A stretch of 64,000 bases of DNA from Candidatus Poribacteria bacterium (GTDB lineage: Bacteria; Poribacteria; WGA-4E; JAJDTR01), in NCBI GenBank assembly GCA_965222225.1, contig CBDCTK010000002.1, forward strand, positions 480,001-544,000. Direction: 5' to 3'. The translations under genes and the position numbers were made by a program. The stretch's first letter is position 1. Every line of letters starts with the position of its first letter. Shown here in pieces: positions 50,676 through 61,263 of the stretch. The notes beneath the pieces were generated by a model that did not search any database, was not told where the DNA came from, and saw nothing but the letters and a program-made list of their open reading frames with translations.

Positions 50676-51620
50676 ATGAGATTACAGTGCCGCTCTATAC
50701 AACAGTATCTATCCGATTATATTGACAGCGTACTGTCGAATCGTCGGAACGTCATGGTAAAGAATCATCTGCGGTGTTGTTCAGCGTGTCGTTACGAGTT
50801 TGAGTCGTTAAGACGCACGACGGGGTTGTTGAACTACTATGTTGAATCTGAACCGCCGAAGGGCTATCACGATCGATTTTGGCGCGAACTTCAGTTTACA
50901 ATTGAACAAACTGAATCTCAGCCGTTGTGGTGGGCCGGAATCGGGCTGTGGCGGAGTGTTTGTAGAACGGGGCAAAGTTTGCCCGATCGGTTCGCATATT
51001 CTTGTCGGACGCTTATTGGTATGCCTAGCCAATGGCTGTTGAAATGGGGCAGATTAGTTCCGATCTACAGCTTCATCTTCATCATAATGTCGGCACTCTT
51101 TGTCGCCAACCAGTTAATGCAGTCTCCAGAGGAAAACCGACGGACAGGAGCACGTCAATTGCGTAGCGCCTTAGAGGAGTACCCGGTGCGACCGGTCCAT
51201 GCCCAAGGAAATCGGGAGGTGATCACAAAGCGTGAAAAGGCGCTAGGTCTTCCGCAAGGGCTATCCAATCAAGAACGCCGCGCTCCGAAAAAGGTGAATC
51301 ATCAACTAGAACTTGCAGAATTGCCCAACCAAGACTGGGATAGTTCCGATCACACGCCTTTTGGCGGGACCAGTGAAACGCCTCGTGCAAATACAGACGA
51401 CAGTGATGTGTTTCCTTATCTTATTGCTTCCGCACAATTGTCTGCTCCAGATTCAGCTCTAACTACGCGGGAGTTTTCCGGCATGGTCGCAATTGATTCT
51501 CCCTTCCTGGAAAAGTTTGAAAGGGAAGGGCGCCAATCGAATTCATCTCTTCGAGTAATGAAGCATGTAGCCGTCCGTGATTTGTCTCTTACGGAGGTCT
51601 ACGATTCTGTTAAATTGTAA
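50676..51620 (+). CDS. zinc-binding (zf-HC2) transmembrane anti-sigma factor
   Basis: C...LSDYID...HLRCCSAC; TM YSFIFIIMSALFV; directly follows the ECF gene. Confidence 0.82.
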   Translation: MRLQCRSIQQYLSDYIDSVLSNRRNVMVKNHLRCCSACRYEFESLRRTTGLLNYYVESEPPKGYHDRFWRELQFTIEQTESQPLWWAGIGLWRSVCRTGQSLPDRFAYSCRTLIGMPSQWLLKWGRLVPIYSFIFIIMSALFVANQLMQSPEENRRTGARQLRSALEEYPVRPVHAQGNREVITKREKALGLPQGLSNQERRAPKKVNHQLELAELPNQDWDSSDHTPFGGTSETPRANTDDSDVFPYLIASAQLSAPDSALTTREFSGMVAIDSPFLEKFEREGRQSNSSLRVMKHVAVRDLSLTEVYDSVKL

Positions 51621-51688
51621 AGGAATTAGTCACATCTAGGGTATTGAAAATCTGAGTTACCCAACTTACAACCCAAAAGGAGATTATA

Positions 51689-54600
51689 ATGGATCCGAAA
51701 CTGTTAGGTGCCTTAGGCGGAATCGCTCTTGTTGCTATTTTGCTCTGGCCCTCCGGTAGTTCTAAAAAGGTTGAACGTCTTTTCAATGAAGGCGAACAAC
51801 TCTATGGTCAATCCGATTATGAACAGGCTATTTCCAAGTACGGCGAAGCCCTTGAAGAATCTACGGAATGGGGTGTTAAAACAGAGGTTATCGACAAAGA
51901 TTTTCCGACACTTGCCAAATACAAAATCGCTGTATGTTACTCAAAATTAGCTGAGCAGACGGAAGACGTCAGTTACTACGACAGTGCCCTTGAGAATATT
52001 GAGGAGGTCCACCCCACGGCGACCGTGGCCAAGCATCTAGAGGGGTTGACTTACTTATGGGGCCATGTCTTATACAAGCAGGAAAAGTATGAACTGGCAG
52101 AGCCAAAGTTTCACGCCTTGATTAATAATCATCCCAACAGTCTTTTTGTTGAAAATGCTTGGTATGCGATTGGGCAACTCAATTATAAATTGGAAGGTTA
52201 CGAAGATTCCCGAGCCGCATTTAAGCATGTCGTTGATGAATTCCCAAATTCCACCTTTAGGGATGACGCGCAGCATCTTATTGCCCAAGGCTTCCTAAAT
52301 GAGAGGAACTACGAACAAGCTTCTGCCGAATTTGACAAGCTGGCAACTGAAGATTATAAGAATTACCAGGATCTTCAGGCAGAAGCCATGTACAAAGCCG
52401 CGTATTGTATGAACCAACTTGGGCGTGATGATGATGCGATTGGACGGTATACCAATTTCATTACCAAATTTCCGAATAGCCAATACGTTACGGCAGCGTA
52501 TTTCGATCAAGGTGCGATTTATGCGAAGCAGAAGGACTATGAAAATGCGCGGGTAAACTATGAATTGGCATTACAAAATACCGAAGACCGCTCCTTGCAA
52601 GCGGAAATCAGGTCTGCCATTGGCCGAACATACTACGACCAGGAAGACTATGAAAATGCGGTTGTCGCTTATAAAGAGCTTCTCGATGAATATCCCGAAA
52701 GCGAATTCATCGCGGAGGCCAGGCTTGGTATTGCCGATAGCTACTACAAACTTTCGAATTGGAGTGATGCGGCTGCCGGGTACGAGTTGGTAATCAATGA
52801 GCATCCCGATCAGCTCGATTTCATTCCTTACTGTTCCTACCAAATTGGTGGAGCGTATTATGAAATCGGCAGCAATCTGGTGAAAAGCGGCGATGAAGCG
52901 CAAGCTGCCGAGAATCTGGAAATTGCTCTGAAGTGGTATCAGAAGACGATTGACGAGTATCCCGCAGATCCGGTTGCGCCTCATGCACTTTATGGCGCCA
53001 TTTGGGCGTTGAATGATCTCAATCGCAAAGAGGAACTTGAGGCTATTGCACAAAAGTTTATTGAGCAGAACCGAGCGGATCCAGAGATGGATATCTTGGC
53101 GGCAGAAGTGCAATTAAAGTTTGCCGATATCAAGTTTAACGATTTTAAGCGGTACGAAGAGGCGGCAGACGAGTACGCGAAATTGTGGGCCTATCCACCG
53201 CTTCCCAAATTCCATCGCCTAAAATTAATCGGGAAGTTCCAGGAAGGACAGGCATACTACAAAGCGGCGTTGCCGGCAGATTTCCATGAAGGGAATCCCA
53301 CAGAAGGCGTCACCTTCAAATCCGACCTTCTGGATAAATCGGTCAAAGCGTATGAAGATGCCGTAAATGCGTTCAAGGATAGCGTTTTCCGCATTGGCGT
53401 GGAGGATGGGCGCTATGACGACTTCGCCGAACGCGTTGAGCAGGTTGAAGCCTGCACGATGAATCAGGCGTTGGCATACGAAAAACTCGGCGATTGGGGT
53501 AAGGCGCGTGAACTCTATGCGGCAATTCCCGACTTGAGTGGAAATTATGAACAGGCGCAACTGCTTATTGCGCAAAGTCATATTAAAGAGGGGAACCCAA
53601 GTGCAGCTATCGACATCTATAACTCGATAATGGGCATCCTTAGCGCGGACAACCGATCTCTCGCCGAAATCAAGCTGGCTGACCTGCTGCGAGCCGAAGA
53701 GCGGTTTGCGGAAGCAGCGGAGCAATATGGGAATGTCGTGGCTAACAATCCGTCTGGTGAATATGCGGATGACGCACAATATTTGATTGGGCTTTGCTAC
53801 TATAAAGCGGCGGCAGATGATCCCGCTATCTTGGACAACTCCGTTACTGCATTCGAGATGATGATTGCCGACTATGGCGATAGCCCGAACGCAATCGAAG
53901 CATATTACGGACTTGCGCTTGCGTACCGAGATATAGCACTAAAAAGAGGCGACGCTTCTCAATGGCCAAATGTGGTGTCCACAGTGGATCGCGCTAACGA
54001 GAAATACGCGGATAGTGAGAACCAAACGATTCAGAAGACGCTCGGACACATTGACTTGGTTAAAGCTACCGCTATTGAAAAGCAAGGCATTGAGTCTGAT
54101 GAGCAGAGGGAGAGCTTGGTTGTGAGTCTCAGACGTATCGTAAATAACAAGGCCGCGCCGCAAGATGCCCGCACTCGTGCACAGTTGAAAATTGGACATC
54201 TTTACTATGGCGCCAAGGATTATGCCAACGCACTAACCGAATACCAGATGTTCGTGCAGATGTTCCCCGATGCCGGCGAGCTTTTCACCAATGCTCTGTA
54301 CCAGGCTGCGGTCTGCCATTACCAGCAAGCCGAGGCTGCCGATGATGAGGCAACCAAACAGTTAGCCTATCAAAATGCCGCCAACACGGCAGCTAAAGTG
54401 ATCGAAAATAGTTCTGAAGTGAACGATAAGATTAGTGCGTCCTATACACTTGGTCTCGCACGGTTGGGTGCGAATGATAATAAACGCGCGGTTGAAGCCT
54501 TCCGTCAAACCACGTCTTATGAAGGGCAAACCGAGGACAAAGACCGTCAAAAACTTATCTCTCAAGCCCACTCTCGCTTGGCAGAGTTGAATACCGCCAT

Positions 54601-56383
54601 CGGTGATTATTCGGCATCTGTGCAAGAATACCAATATATCATCGAACATGCAGAGGATGACGATTTGAAGGGACGATCATACTTTGCAATGGCGTATGTC
54701 CTTGGCGCGCAACTGAAACAGTATGACGATGCATTGCTAGGATATCAGAATGCCATTCAACTGGCGAAAGATCCCGTTGTTCAGGCGCAATCGTACTATC
54801 GGTCAGGCTTAATTTATCAAGAGAAACTGAAAGAACTGGATGAAGCAGTTGACCAGTACGAAGCGCTCGTAAAGGGTTATACCGCGTCAACCAATTCGAA
54901 TATCAACGCAATGGTCGCTGATGCGGGATTGCGGAAATCGGATCTTTACGCGAAACTTGGGCGATTGGATTATGCGATTACCGACGCAGTGGAGACTTGG
55001 AAGCGAACGATTGAAAATCCGAACTCGACAGTTCCGCAAAAAGTCTCATCGCAATACAACTTGGGTTTCCTGTACTTTGACAAGGCACGGAGTTTATTCT
55101 CCAATGCTCCAGGAACCGACTTGCAGCCCTACATTGACGTCAGTCGGCAGTCTGCAAATGCTTATTTTGCAGTGAGCAAGGCTGCCCAGCCGATTGAAAA
55201 AGCGGACAATAACACGGTAATTCCATACGTTCAAAATTCGCTGTTCCAAGCTGGACAACTGCTCTATTCTCTTGGTTCAGGCATTAAACTCCCGGAGGAT
55301 TTGCATAACTGTCTTCCGCCGTTGACGCAATTCGTGGAGTATGCGGATATAGGAATCTTTCCGGCGTCGCAGGATCTTAGCAACAACGTCGAAACCGCAT
55401 TGACCTATACCGGATCCACTTACTTCGAATTGGGCCGATTGCAACTTGGCATTGATAACGAACTATCGGAAGCGGCAATTGATTACTTCTTGAAGGCAGG
55501 CGAGGCGTTCAAAAATCTCGTTAAACGTTCCCCCAGTGCAAAAGATACTCCGTTATGGCAATATCAAGCGGGGGAGTCGTACTTCGCGGCTCAGGAATAT
55601 GAAACTGCTATCGCCGAGTACGGAAAGGTACGATCCATCAACCCGAATCATGAGAGCGCCCCTGAGGCACTATATGCAATGGCTACTTGCTATAACGGTC
55701 TCGCCACCAATGCGGAGCTGGCGAACGATCCGGTTGCATTGGACGAGTGGCACGCAAAGTTGTATTCGGTCAACGAGATACTTGTGCAAAATTACCCAAA
55801 CAGCCCTTATACGGCTGATGCCCTCATCAACTTGGGTAATAGGTATTTCAACGACGGATCGTCGGAAGACATTGAGAAAGTGGAGCGCATACGTCTGTAC
55901 ATACTGGCAATCAACTACTATCAACAAGCAATTGATACGCCGGGCATCAGCGCCGCTTCCAAGAGCACTGCTCAGGCTTATCGGAAGGACACATCGGCGG
56001 CACTGGCTGCTGACGTCTATATTCAAGTTACTTCGAATTTCGACAGGGCTAAAGTTGCCGACAAATCCCTACAGAAAGCTGCAATTGAGAGTGTCATTGC
56101 GGAATTTCAAGGTATTGTTAAGACCTATGCCAATACAAAGTATGCAGATCTCTCTTTTGTCCAACTAGGTGAAGCATATATGATTCTTGCCGACGAAGAG
56201 GACGAATATTGGAACGATGCGCTCGATTACTTTGATAAGCTGTGGGTAAAGTATACGGAAGCGCCGCCTGTGGATGCGCAAGTTGCTAGAGCGTTGCGAT
56301 ATGCACAAAGTCAAGTTTCGATGATTACGTCCTTCATGCAGTCAAACAATATTCATATTCGCACGACCGGTGGTGGCGAGTAG
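51689..56383 (+). CDS. giant membrane-anchored TPR protein (1564 aa; BamD/CpoB-like repeats)
   Basis: N-terminal TM; many repeats of the pattern ...FP.S.....A.Y..G...Y. Confidence 0.88.
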   Translation: MDPKLLGALGGIALVAILLWPSGSSKKVERLFNEGEQLYGQSDYEQAISKYGEALEESTEWGVKTEVIDKDFPTLAKYKIAVCYSKLAEQTEDVSYYDSALENIEEVHPTATVAKHLEGLTYLWGHVLYKQEKYELAEPKFHALINNHPNSLFVENAWYAIGQLNYKLEGYEDSRAAFKHVVDEFPNSTFRDDAQHLIAQGFLNERNYEQASAEFDKLATEDYKNYQDLQAEAMYKAAYCMNQLGRDDDAIGRYTNFITKFPNSQYVTAAYFDQGAIYAKQKDYENARVNYELALQNTEDRSLQAEIRSAIGRTYYDQEDYENAVVAYKELLDEYPESEFIAEARLGIADSYYKLSNWSDAAAGYELVINEHPDQLDFIPYCSYQIGGAYYEIGSNLVKSGDEAQAAENLEIALKWYQKTIDEYPADPVAPHALYGAIWALNDLNRKEELEAIAQKFIEQNRADPEMDILAAEVQLKFADIKFNDFKRYEEAADEYAKLWAYPPLPKFHRLKLIGKFQEGQAYYKAALPADFHEGNPTEGVTFKSDLLDKSVKAYEDAVNAFKDSVFRIGVEDGRYDDFAERVEQVEACTMNQALAYEKLGDWGKARELYAAIPDLSGNYEQAQLLIAQSHIKEGNPSAAIDIYNSIMGILSADNRSLAEIKLADLLRAEERFAEAAEQYGNVVANNPSGEYADDAQYLIGLCYYKAAADDPAILDNSVTAFEMMIADYGDSPNAIEAYYGLALAYRDIALKRGDASQWPNVVSTVDRANEKYADSENQTIQKTLGHIDLVKATAIEKQGIESDEQRESLVVSLRRIVNNKAAPQDARTRAQLKIGHLYYGAKDYANALTEYQMFVQMFPDAGELFTNALYQAAVCHYQQAEAADDEATKQLAYQNAANTAAKVIENSSEVNDKISASYTLGLARLGANDNKRAVEAFRQTTSYEGQTEDKDRQKLISQAHSRLAELNTAIGDYSASVQEYQYIIEHAEDDDLKGRSYFAMAYVLGAQLKQYDDALLGYQNAIQLAKDPVVQAQSYYRSGLIYQEKLKELDEAVDQYEALVKGYTASTNSNINAMVADAGLRKSDLYAKLGRLDYAITDAVETWKRTIENPNSTVPQKVSSQYNLGFLYFDKARSLFSNAPGTDLQPYIDVSRQSANAYFAVSKAAQPIEKADNNTVIPYVQNSLFQAGQLLYSLGSGIKLPEDLHNCLPPLTQFVEYADIGIFPASQDLSNNVETALTYTGSTYFELGRLQLGIDNELSEAAIDYFLKAGEAFKNLVKRSPSAKDTPLWQYQAGESYFAAQEYETAIAEYGKVRSINPNHESAPEALYAMATCYNGLATNAELANDPVALDEWHAKLYSVNEILVQNYPNSPYTADALINLGNRYFNDGSSEDIEKVERIRLYILAINYYQQAIDTPGISAASKSTAQAYRKDTSAALAADVYIQVTSNFDRAKVADKSLQKAAIESVIAEFQGIVKTYANTKYADLSFVQLGEAYMILADEEDEYWNDALDYFDKLWVKYTEAPPVDAQVARALRYAQSQVSMITSFMQSNNIHIRTTGGGE

Positions 56384-56402
56384 TTTCGACCGTGCGCATA
56401 AG

Positions 56403-56434
56403 TTGTAGGGAACGCTAATCTGCGTTCCCTACAA
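56403..56434. repeat. GTAG-type REP / perfect 13-bp inverted repeat
   Basis: TTGTAGGGAACGC-taatct-GCGTTCCCTACAA. Confidence 0.8.
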
Positions 56435-56806
56435 TGCGTACCACTATTCCTTGGAGTCCGATTATGGATTGTCAAGTTTGAGAGAGTTTATCGCGGATCT
56501 CCGTGTCCTGACCGAGGCATCGAATATGTGACTTCTTCGGAAATGATAGTCGATAGTGAAAGCCCACGAGGGATGTTCCCACCTCTCGTATCCTCAAAGC
56601 CCCACGTAATCTGAAGGAGCTTTGCTTCCCGCCACTGTTCCTCGTGATGTGGCTCTTCTCACCTAACTTCCTATTTTTTCACACCGACCGCAGTACCTAT
56701 TTCCACGGAAAGGAAAGTTTTCTCCATACAAGAAGCTAAGAAGCGCACATATTCGTGATGATAGGATAGCCCTCTCGAATAATACACGACCCAGGTCAGG
56801 GTTTTC

Positions 56807-57718
56807 GTGTTTCCAAATCTCGATTTCTCCTTTTCTTTCGGCGAGTTTGCGGCATTGTCCTGCGCCTTTGTGTGGGCAGGCAGCAATCTCGTTCTTCAAA
56901 CACAATCGCAGAAGATTCCGTTGCTACTCATGAATGTGGCTCGCTACGCAACGGGCACGCTCTTCTTTTGGGTGATGCTACCGTTTGATGATCCACTTGC
57001 GATATTCCGACAGGTGCCCGCGCGCGAATGGGCGGCAGTGTTTGGCTCAATGTTGGTTGGTGTGTGTATTGGCGACACGATATTTCTTCTTGCCATTAGA
57101 GAGATTGGCGCTTCACACGCATCGGCAATGGGCAGCATCCAGCCGCTAACCACTCTGTTTTTCGAATGGTTATTGCTTAGGTCGCCGGTTAGTTGGACCT
57201 TGTTTGTCGGAAGTTGCTTCGTCGTCCTAGGGGTGGTCTGTTTGTCTCGAGGGCCCGGGAATAACTCAAAGGCTTCCTACATGCCTCAAACCGGGAAGAG
57301 ATTCACAATTGGAATACCGCTTGCATTGTTGACCGCCTTACTCTGGGGATTGAGCACGGTTTTCCTCAAAGCGGGACTTGCCAGCCTTACGCCAATTCAG
57401 GTGAACAGCGTTCGTCTGCCATTCGTCACGATTATTCTCTACACGACATGGGCTTTCAGCGGGAAGAAAACCAACAAATTGCATACATCGTCGCTCTTGT
57501 TGATTGCCAGCACCGGGCTATTCAGCATGGGCCTCGGTTCGTTACTGTACTTAATCGCCCTAGCCAAGATTGGACCTTCCAAAACGTCCGCACTTATATC
57601 AACTTCACCTGTCTTTAGCTTGATTATGGCATTGGTCTTTCTGAAGGAGAAGATTAGTCTTCGGCTTGCGTTGGGTGTGGGACTCTGTGTTGCCGGGGTA
57701 TGGTGGGTTTCAGTATGA
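56807..57718 (+). CDS. DMT/EamA family transporter
   Basis: About 10 TM; AIREIGASHA...PL and ALAKIGPSKT...SPVFSLIMALVFLKE. Confidence 0.9.
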   Translation: MFPNLDFSFSFGEFAALSCAFVWAGSNLVLQTQSQKIPLLLMNVARYATGTLFFWVMLPFDDPLAIFRQVPAREWAAVFGSMLVGVCIGDTIFLLAIREIGASHASAMGSIQPLTTLFFEWLLLRSPVSWTLFVGSCFVVLGVVCLSRGPGNNSKASYMPQTGKRFTIGIPLALLTALLWGLSTVFLKAGLASLTPIQVNSVRLPFVTIILYTTWAFSGKKTNKLHTSSLLLIASTGLFSMGLGSLLYLIALAKIGPSKTSALISTSPVFSLIMALVFLKEKISLRLALGVGLCVAGVWWVSV

Positions 57719-58034
57719 ATCGAAATCGGGTGCTGCCGTATACTTTGGGTTAGTTTTTTCTTGTTCATTACCTTGGATCGTAGTATACTTCAAACAATAT
57801 TGATATCCGTAGATTTCCAGCCGTTTTCCGATTTGATTGGGTTTTAGCAAACACTTGTAATACCGTTTTTGTTATATTTGACCTACTATCTGCCAACCTT
57901 GAATCAGGTGGCACTATTGTAGGTGTCGTGGAAGGACCGTTGCGCAAGCGTGATTTTCGGGGCCTCCGAGACAACCCTCTCCATTCCAAATCGGGATCTG
58001 ATGACACTATCCGGACAATATGGAGAACCTATTT

Positions 58035-58922
58035 ATGAGCGAATTCCGAGGCGTATTCCCTGCGGTGGCGACTCCCATGACACCCGGAGGAAAATTGAAC
58101 GAAGCCGCGTTTCGTCAGATGATTGAATTTAACATCGAAGCCGGGGTTGATGGTTTCTGGGTTGCCGGGGGTAGTGGTGAAAGCGTTCTACTTGATGACG
58201 AGGAGAACAATCGCGTTGCGGAGGTGGTATCCGATCAGAATCAAGACAGAATCAAGAACATCATGCACGTTGGGGCGCCTACCACCCAGCGAGCTGCCAA
58301 GATGGCTGAACATGCAGCCCGCGCCGGTGTAGAAGCCATCTGCTGTGTGCCCCCTTTCTTCTACAGACGCCCGCATGCGGAAATCGTAGAACACTATCGC
58401 ATCGTAGGCGCAGCCACTGACCTTCCATTATTCGTATATAATCTTCCCGGTTCAACCGGGGTGGAGATCACTCCCGACTTAATGAAGCGTATTCAGGATG
58501 GGGTTCCGCAACTTGTCGGGCTAAAACATTCCTCCGTTAACTTTTATAATGTCCGTGCCTTCGTGAAGATGGGGCTTTTTTGCTTAATCGGAAACTCGCG
58601 ATTGATGTTGCCCGCACTAACGATAGGAGCGGTTGGTTGCGTGGATGGTCCTCCAAGTCTCGCACCTGAAATTTGGGTGGAGATTTGGCAAGCATATCAG
58701 GTTGGCGACTTGAAACGTGCTGAAGTGGCTCAGGATAGAGGCAGTGCGTTGGCTGATGCGCTCTTTTCGTGCGGTGAGTTCCATGCAGTTCTCAAGGCTA
58801 CAATGGCTGAACGACTTGGAATTGATTGTGGCCCACCACGTCCGCCCGGCTTGCCTTTGACTGCGGAACAACACGCAGCGTTAAAGAAGGTAATCGCCGA
58901 ACACGGCATAGCAGCTCATTAG
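58035..58922 (+). CDS. dihydrodipicolinate synthase/N-acetylneuraminate lyase family aldolase
   Basis: GGSGE, PPFFY, YNLP, GLKHSS. Confidence 0.88.
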   Translation: MSEFRGVFPAVATPMTPGGKLNEAAFRQMIEFNIEAGVDGFWVAGGSGESVLLDDEENNRVAEVVSDQNQDRIKNIMHVGAPTTQRAAKMAEHAARAGVEAICCVPPFFYRRPHAEIVEHYRIVGAATDLPLFVYNLPGSTGVEITPDLMKRIQDGVPQLVGLKHSSVNFYNVRAFVKMGLFCLIGNSRLMLPALTIGAVGCVDGPPSLAPEIWVEIWQAYQVGDLKRAEVAQDRGSALADALFSCGEFHAVLKATMAERLGIDCGPPRPPGLPLTAEQHAALKKVIAEHGIAAH

Positions 58923-59127
58923 TTGCGTTACGCATTGTCAGCGCTATCATAGTCCGAACGAGATTTTTTGTCCCGTCTAATTCCTTGGCTAACCATCCGA
59001 TGCCCGAATTGAGCACCGACTAAGGCGAGTCGCGAAGCAGAAAAAGACTCACATTACTTGGAATTTCAATTCCTGACACATTAACCTTGATGCTGAATGG
59101 GTTCAGTCAGAACCAATCCTTGACAAC

Positions 59128-59922
59128 ATGAAAGCAAACAAAATCAAAGCAACTTTACAAAACGGAGAAGTTTTAGTCGGTACTTTTGTGATGCAGTTTG
59201 CCGTACCATCAATTGCGACCATCCTTTCGAGCGCCGGGGCAGATTATGTCATTGTTGATATGGAACACACAGCCTTCACCATGGAAACGGTCGGAAGCAT
59301 CGTAAGGGCGGCGCGTGGATCAGATCTTCCCAGCATTGTCCGGGTGCCGGCAATTGAGCGGCACTTTATCTCAAGAGCGCTTGATGTGGGTGCCTCCGGC
59401 GTGATGATTCCTTGTGTGGAATCCGCTGAAGATGTGAAGAAGGTTGTGAAGAGCGCGAAGTATGCCCCCGAAGGGAATAGAGGTGTCGCGTTCGGCGTGG
59501 GACACGACGATTTTGGTGATTTTCGGAAATTGGATGGTGTCAGTTACATCGCTCAAGCAAACCGGGAAATCTTCCTTATTGGACAAATTGAAACCGTTAG
59601 AGGCGTGGAGAATATTGACGAAATCCTTGCTGCTGGTGGACTTGATGGGATATTCATTGGGCCTTATGACTTATCAACATCAATGGGAATCGCGGGCCAA
59701 CTAGACCATCCGAGAATGGTCGAAAGCATCGAAATGGTAATAGCCAAAGTGAAGGCGCATGGTGTTGTGCTTGGTAGCTATGTCAATGATTATGAGAGCG
59801 GAAAACGTTGGTTGGAGGCGGGCGTGCAATTGGTAGCCTGTGGAAACGATGCTTTCTTATTTACGTGTAAATTCGCGGAGGAGAACGAGAAGTTTAAGCG
59901 TCATAATTCAACTGCGAAATAA
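59128..59922 (+). CDS. HpcH/HpaI aldolase family
   Basis: DMEH, VRVP, QIET, IFIGPYDLS. Confidence 0.9.
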   Translation: MKANKIKATLQNGEVLVGTFVMQFAVPSIATILSSAGADYVIVDMEHTAFTMETVGSIVRAARGSDLPSIVRVPAIERHFISRALDVGASGVMIPCVESAEDVKKVVKSAKYAPEGNRGVAFGVGHDDFGDFRKLDGVSYIAQANREIFLIGQIETVRGVENIDEILAAGGLDGIFIGPYDLSTSMGIAGQLDHPRMVESIEMVIAKVKAHGVVLGSYVNDYESGKRWLEAGVQLVACGNDAFLFTCKFAEENEKFKRHNSTAK

Positions 59923-60030
59923 AGTAATATGCCAATCGGAGGCGTTTCTAGATCTCAATGGTAGAGATAGCTTCAGTGTTACTCAAGAAGCAAACATGAT
60001 AGTATTCTGCGAGAGCCTTATACCGGGCTC

Positions 60031-60100
60031 TTGTAGGGAATAACGTGAGATCTCTTCTGGAGTTCTATCGCACTCGCTATTCACTCGCTTGATCTCACGG
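60031..60100. repeat. dispersed intergenic repeat, copy C
   Basis: ttgtaggg...ttctatcgcactcgctattcactcgcttgatct, similar to copies A and B. Confidence 0.5.
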
Positions 60101-60275
60101 GATTGGACAAGGCAATTCTGCACGATTAGATCTCAATCGCAAACGTAGTTTCTTGGGACGAGAGCTTTAAAAGACTAACTCAAGACATATCTCCGATCGT
60201 TGTCAAGGAGAAGTGCCGCAATCCCGTGTTGGATAGGCGCGATCGACTCGGCAAGCAGGGAAGTAGAGACCAGAG

Positions 60276-61127
60276 ATGTACAACCTCAGCGGAAAAGTTG
60301 CCATCGTGACGGGTGCCGGGGGCGAGCATGGTATGGGCCGTGCAATCGCCAATCGGCTTGCCCAAGAAGGAGCGGATGTGGTCATTACGGACATTGTCAA
60401 CGATCCGTATTGCCATGATCCGGGGCGTTGGGGTGGTGCGTCTGCTGTCGTGCGTGAGATTGAGGAGAAAGGGCGCAGGTCGATGTGCGTTTTGACAGAT
60501 GTCGCCAACGCCAATCAGGTAGATAGCATGGTGCGGCAGGTGCTTGATCGGTTCGGCAGTATTGATATTCTGGTAAACAACGCCGGCGCGCGTCCGGGCC
60601 CGGATCGCGTGCCAGTAGTCGAGCTGGAGGAGGCAGCCTGGGACGAGGTACAGAACGTAAACTTAAAGGGGACTTTTCTTTGCTGTCGCGCAGTCTCACG
60701 TCACATGATTGATAGGGGAAAAGGTGGCAAAATCATCAACATGTCCTCGTCGTCAGGTAGGCATGGTCGCGCCCTTTTTGCGGCGTATTGCGCGTCAAAG
60801 TTCGGCGTGAGAGGTTTTACCCAATCTCTCGCACAGGAACTCGCGTCCCATCATATAAACGTCAACGCTATCTGTCCAGGTTTTGTGGATACTGAACGAG
60901 TAGGCTATATTCTTGAGGCAACATCTTCTGAGGAAATATCGGCAGAATCTTGGCGTACAAGCAAACATCGCCAGGCGTTTATCCAAGAGCGGGCACGGAA
61001 TATCCCTTTAGGGCGGATGGCGCAGCCTGCCGATATTGCCACGTTAGCGGCGTTTCTCGCTTCCTCTCAATCCGATTACCTTACCGGACTCTCCATTAAC
61101 ATTGATGGGGGCTCCGAGATGGATTGA
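60276..61127 (+). CDS. SDR family oxidoreductase
   Basis: TGAGGEHGMG, NNAG, YCASK, VNAICPG, IDGG. Confidence 0.93.
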   Translation: MYNLSGKVAIVTGAGGEHGMGRAIANRLAQEGADVVITDIVNDPYCHDPGRWGGASAVVREIEEKGRRSMCVLTDVANANQVDSMVRQVLDRFGSIDILVNNAGARPGPDRVPVVELEEAAWDEVQNVNLKGTFLCCRAVSRHMIDRGKGGKIINMSSSSGRHGRALFAAYCASKFGVRGFTQSLAQELASHHINVNAICPGFVDTERVGYILEATSSEEISAESWRTSKHRQAFIQERARNIPLGRMAQPADIATLAAFLASSQSDYLTGLSINIDGGSEMD

Positions 61128-61263
61128 TGATGCAAAAGGTAAAGGTAAACCGGCGTTCTATAAACAAATAATAATCGAGCCAAGCGAAACTAGGCTCACC
61201 GGAATAGGTTCCGTTGATGTCGTCAAGGCAAGTCAGATTGGCCTAGATCGTAGAACTCTCGCG

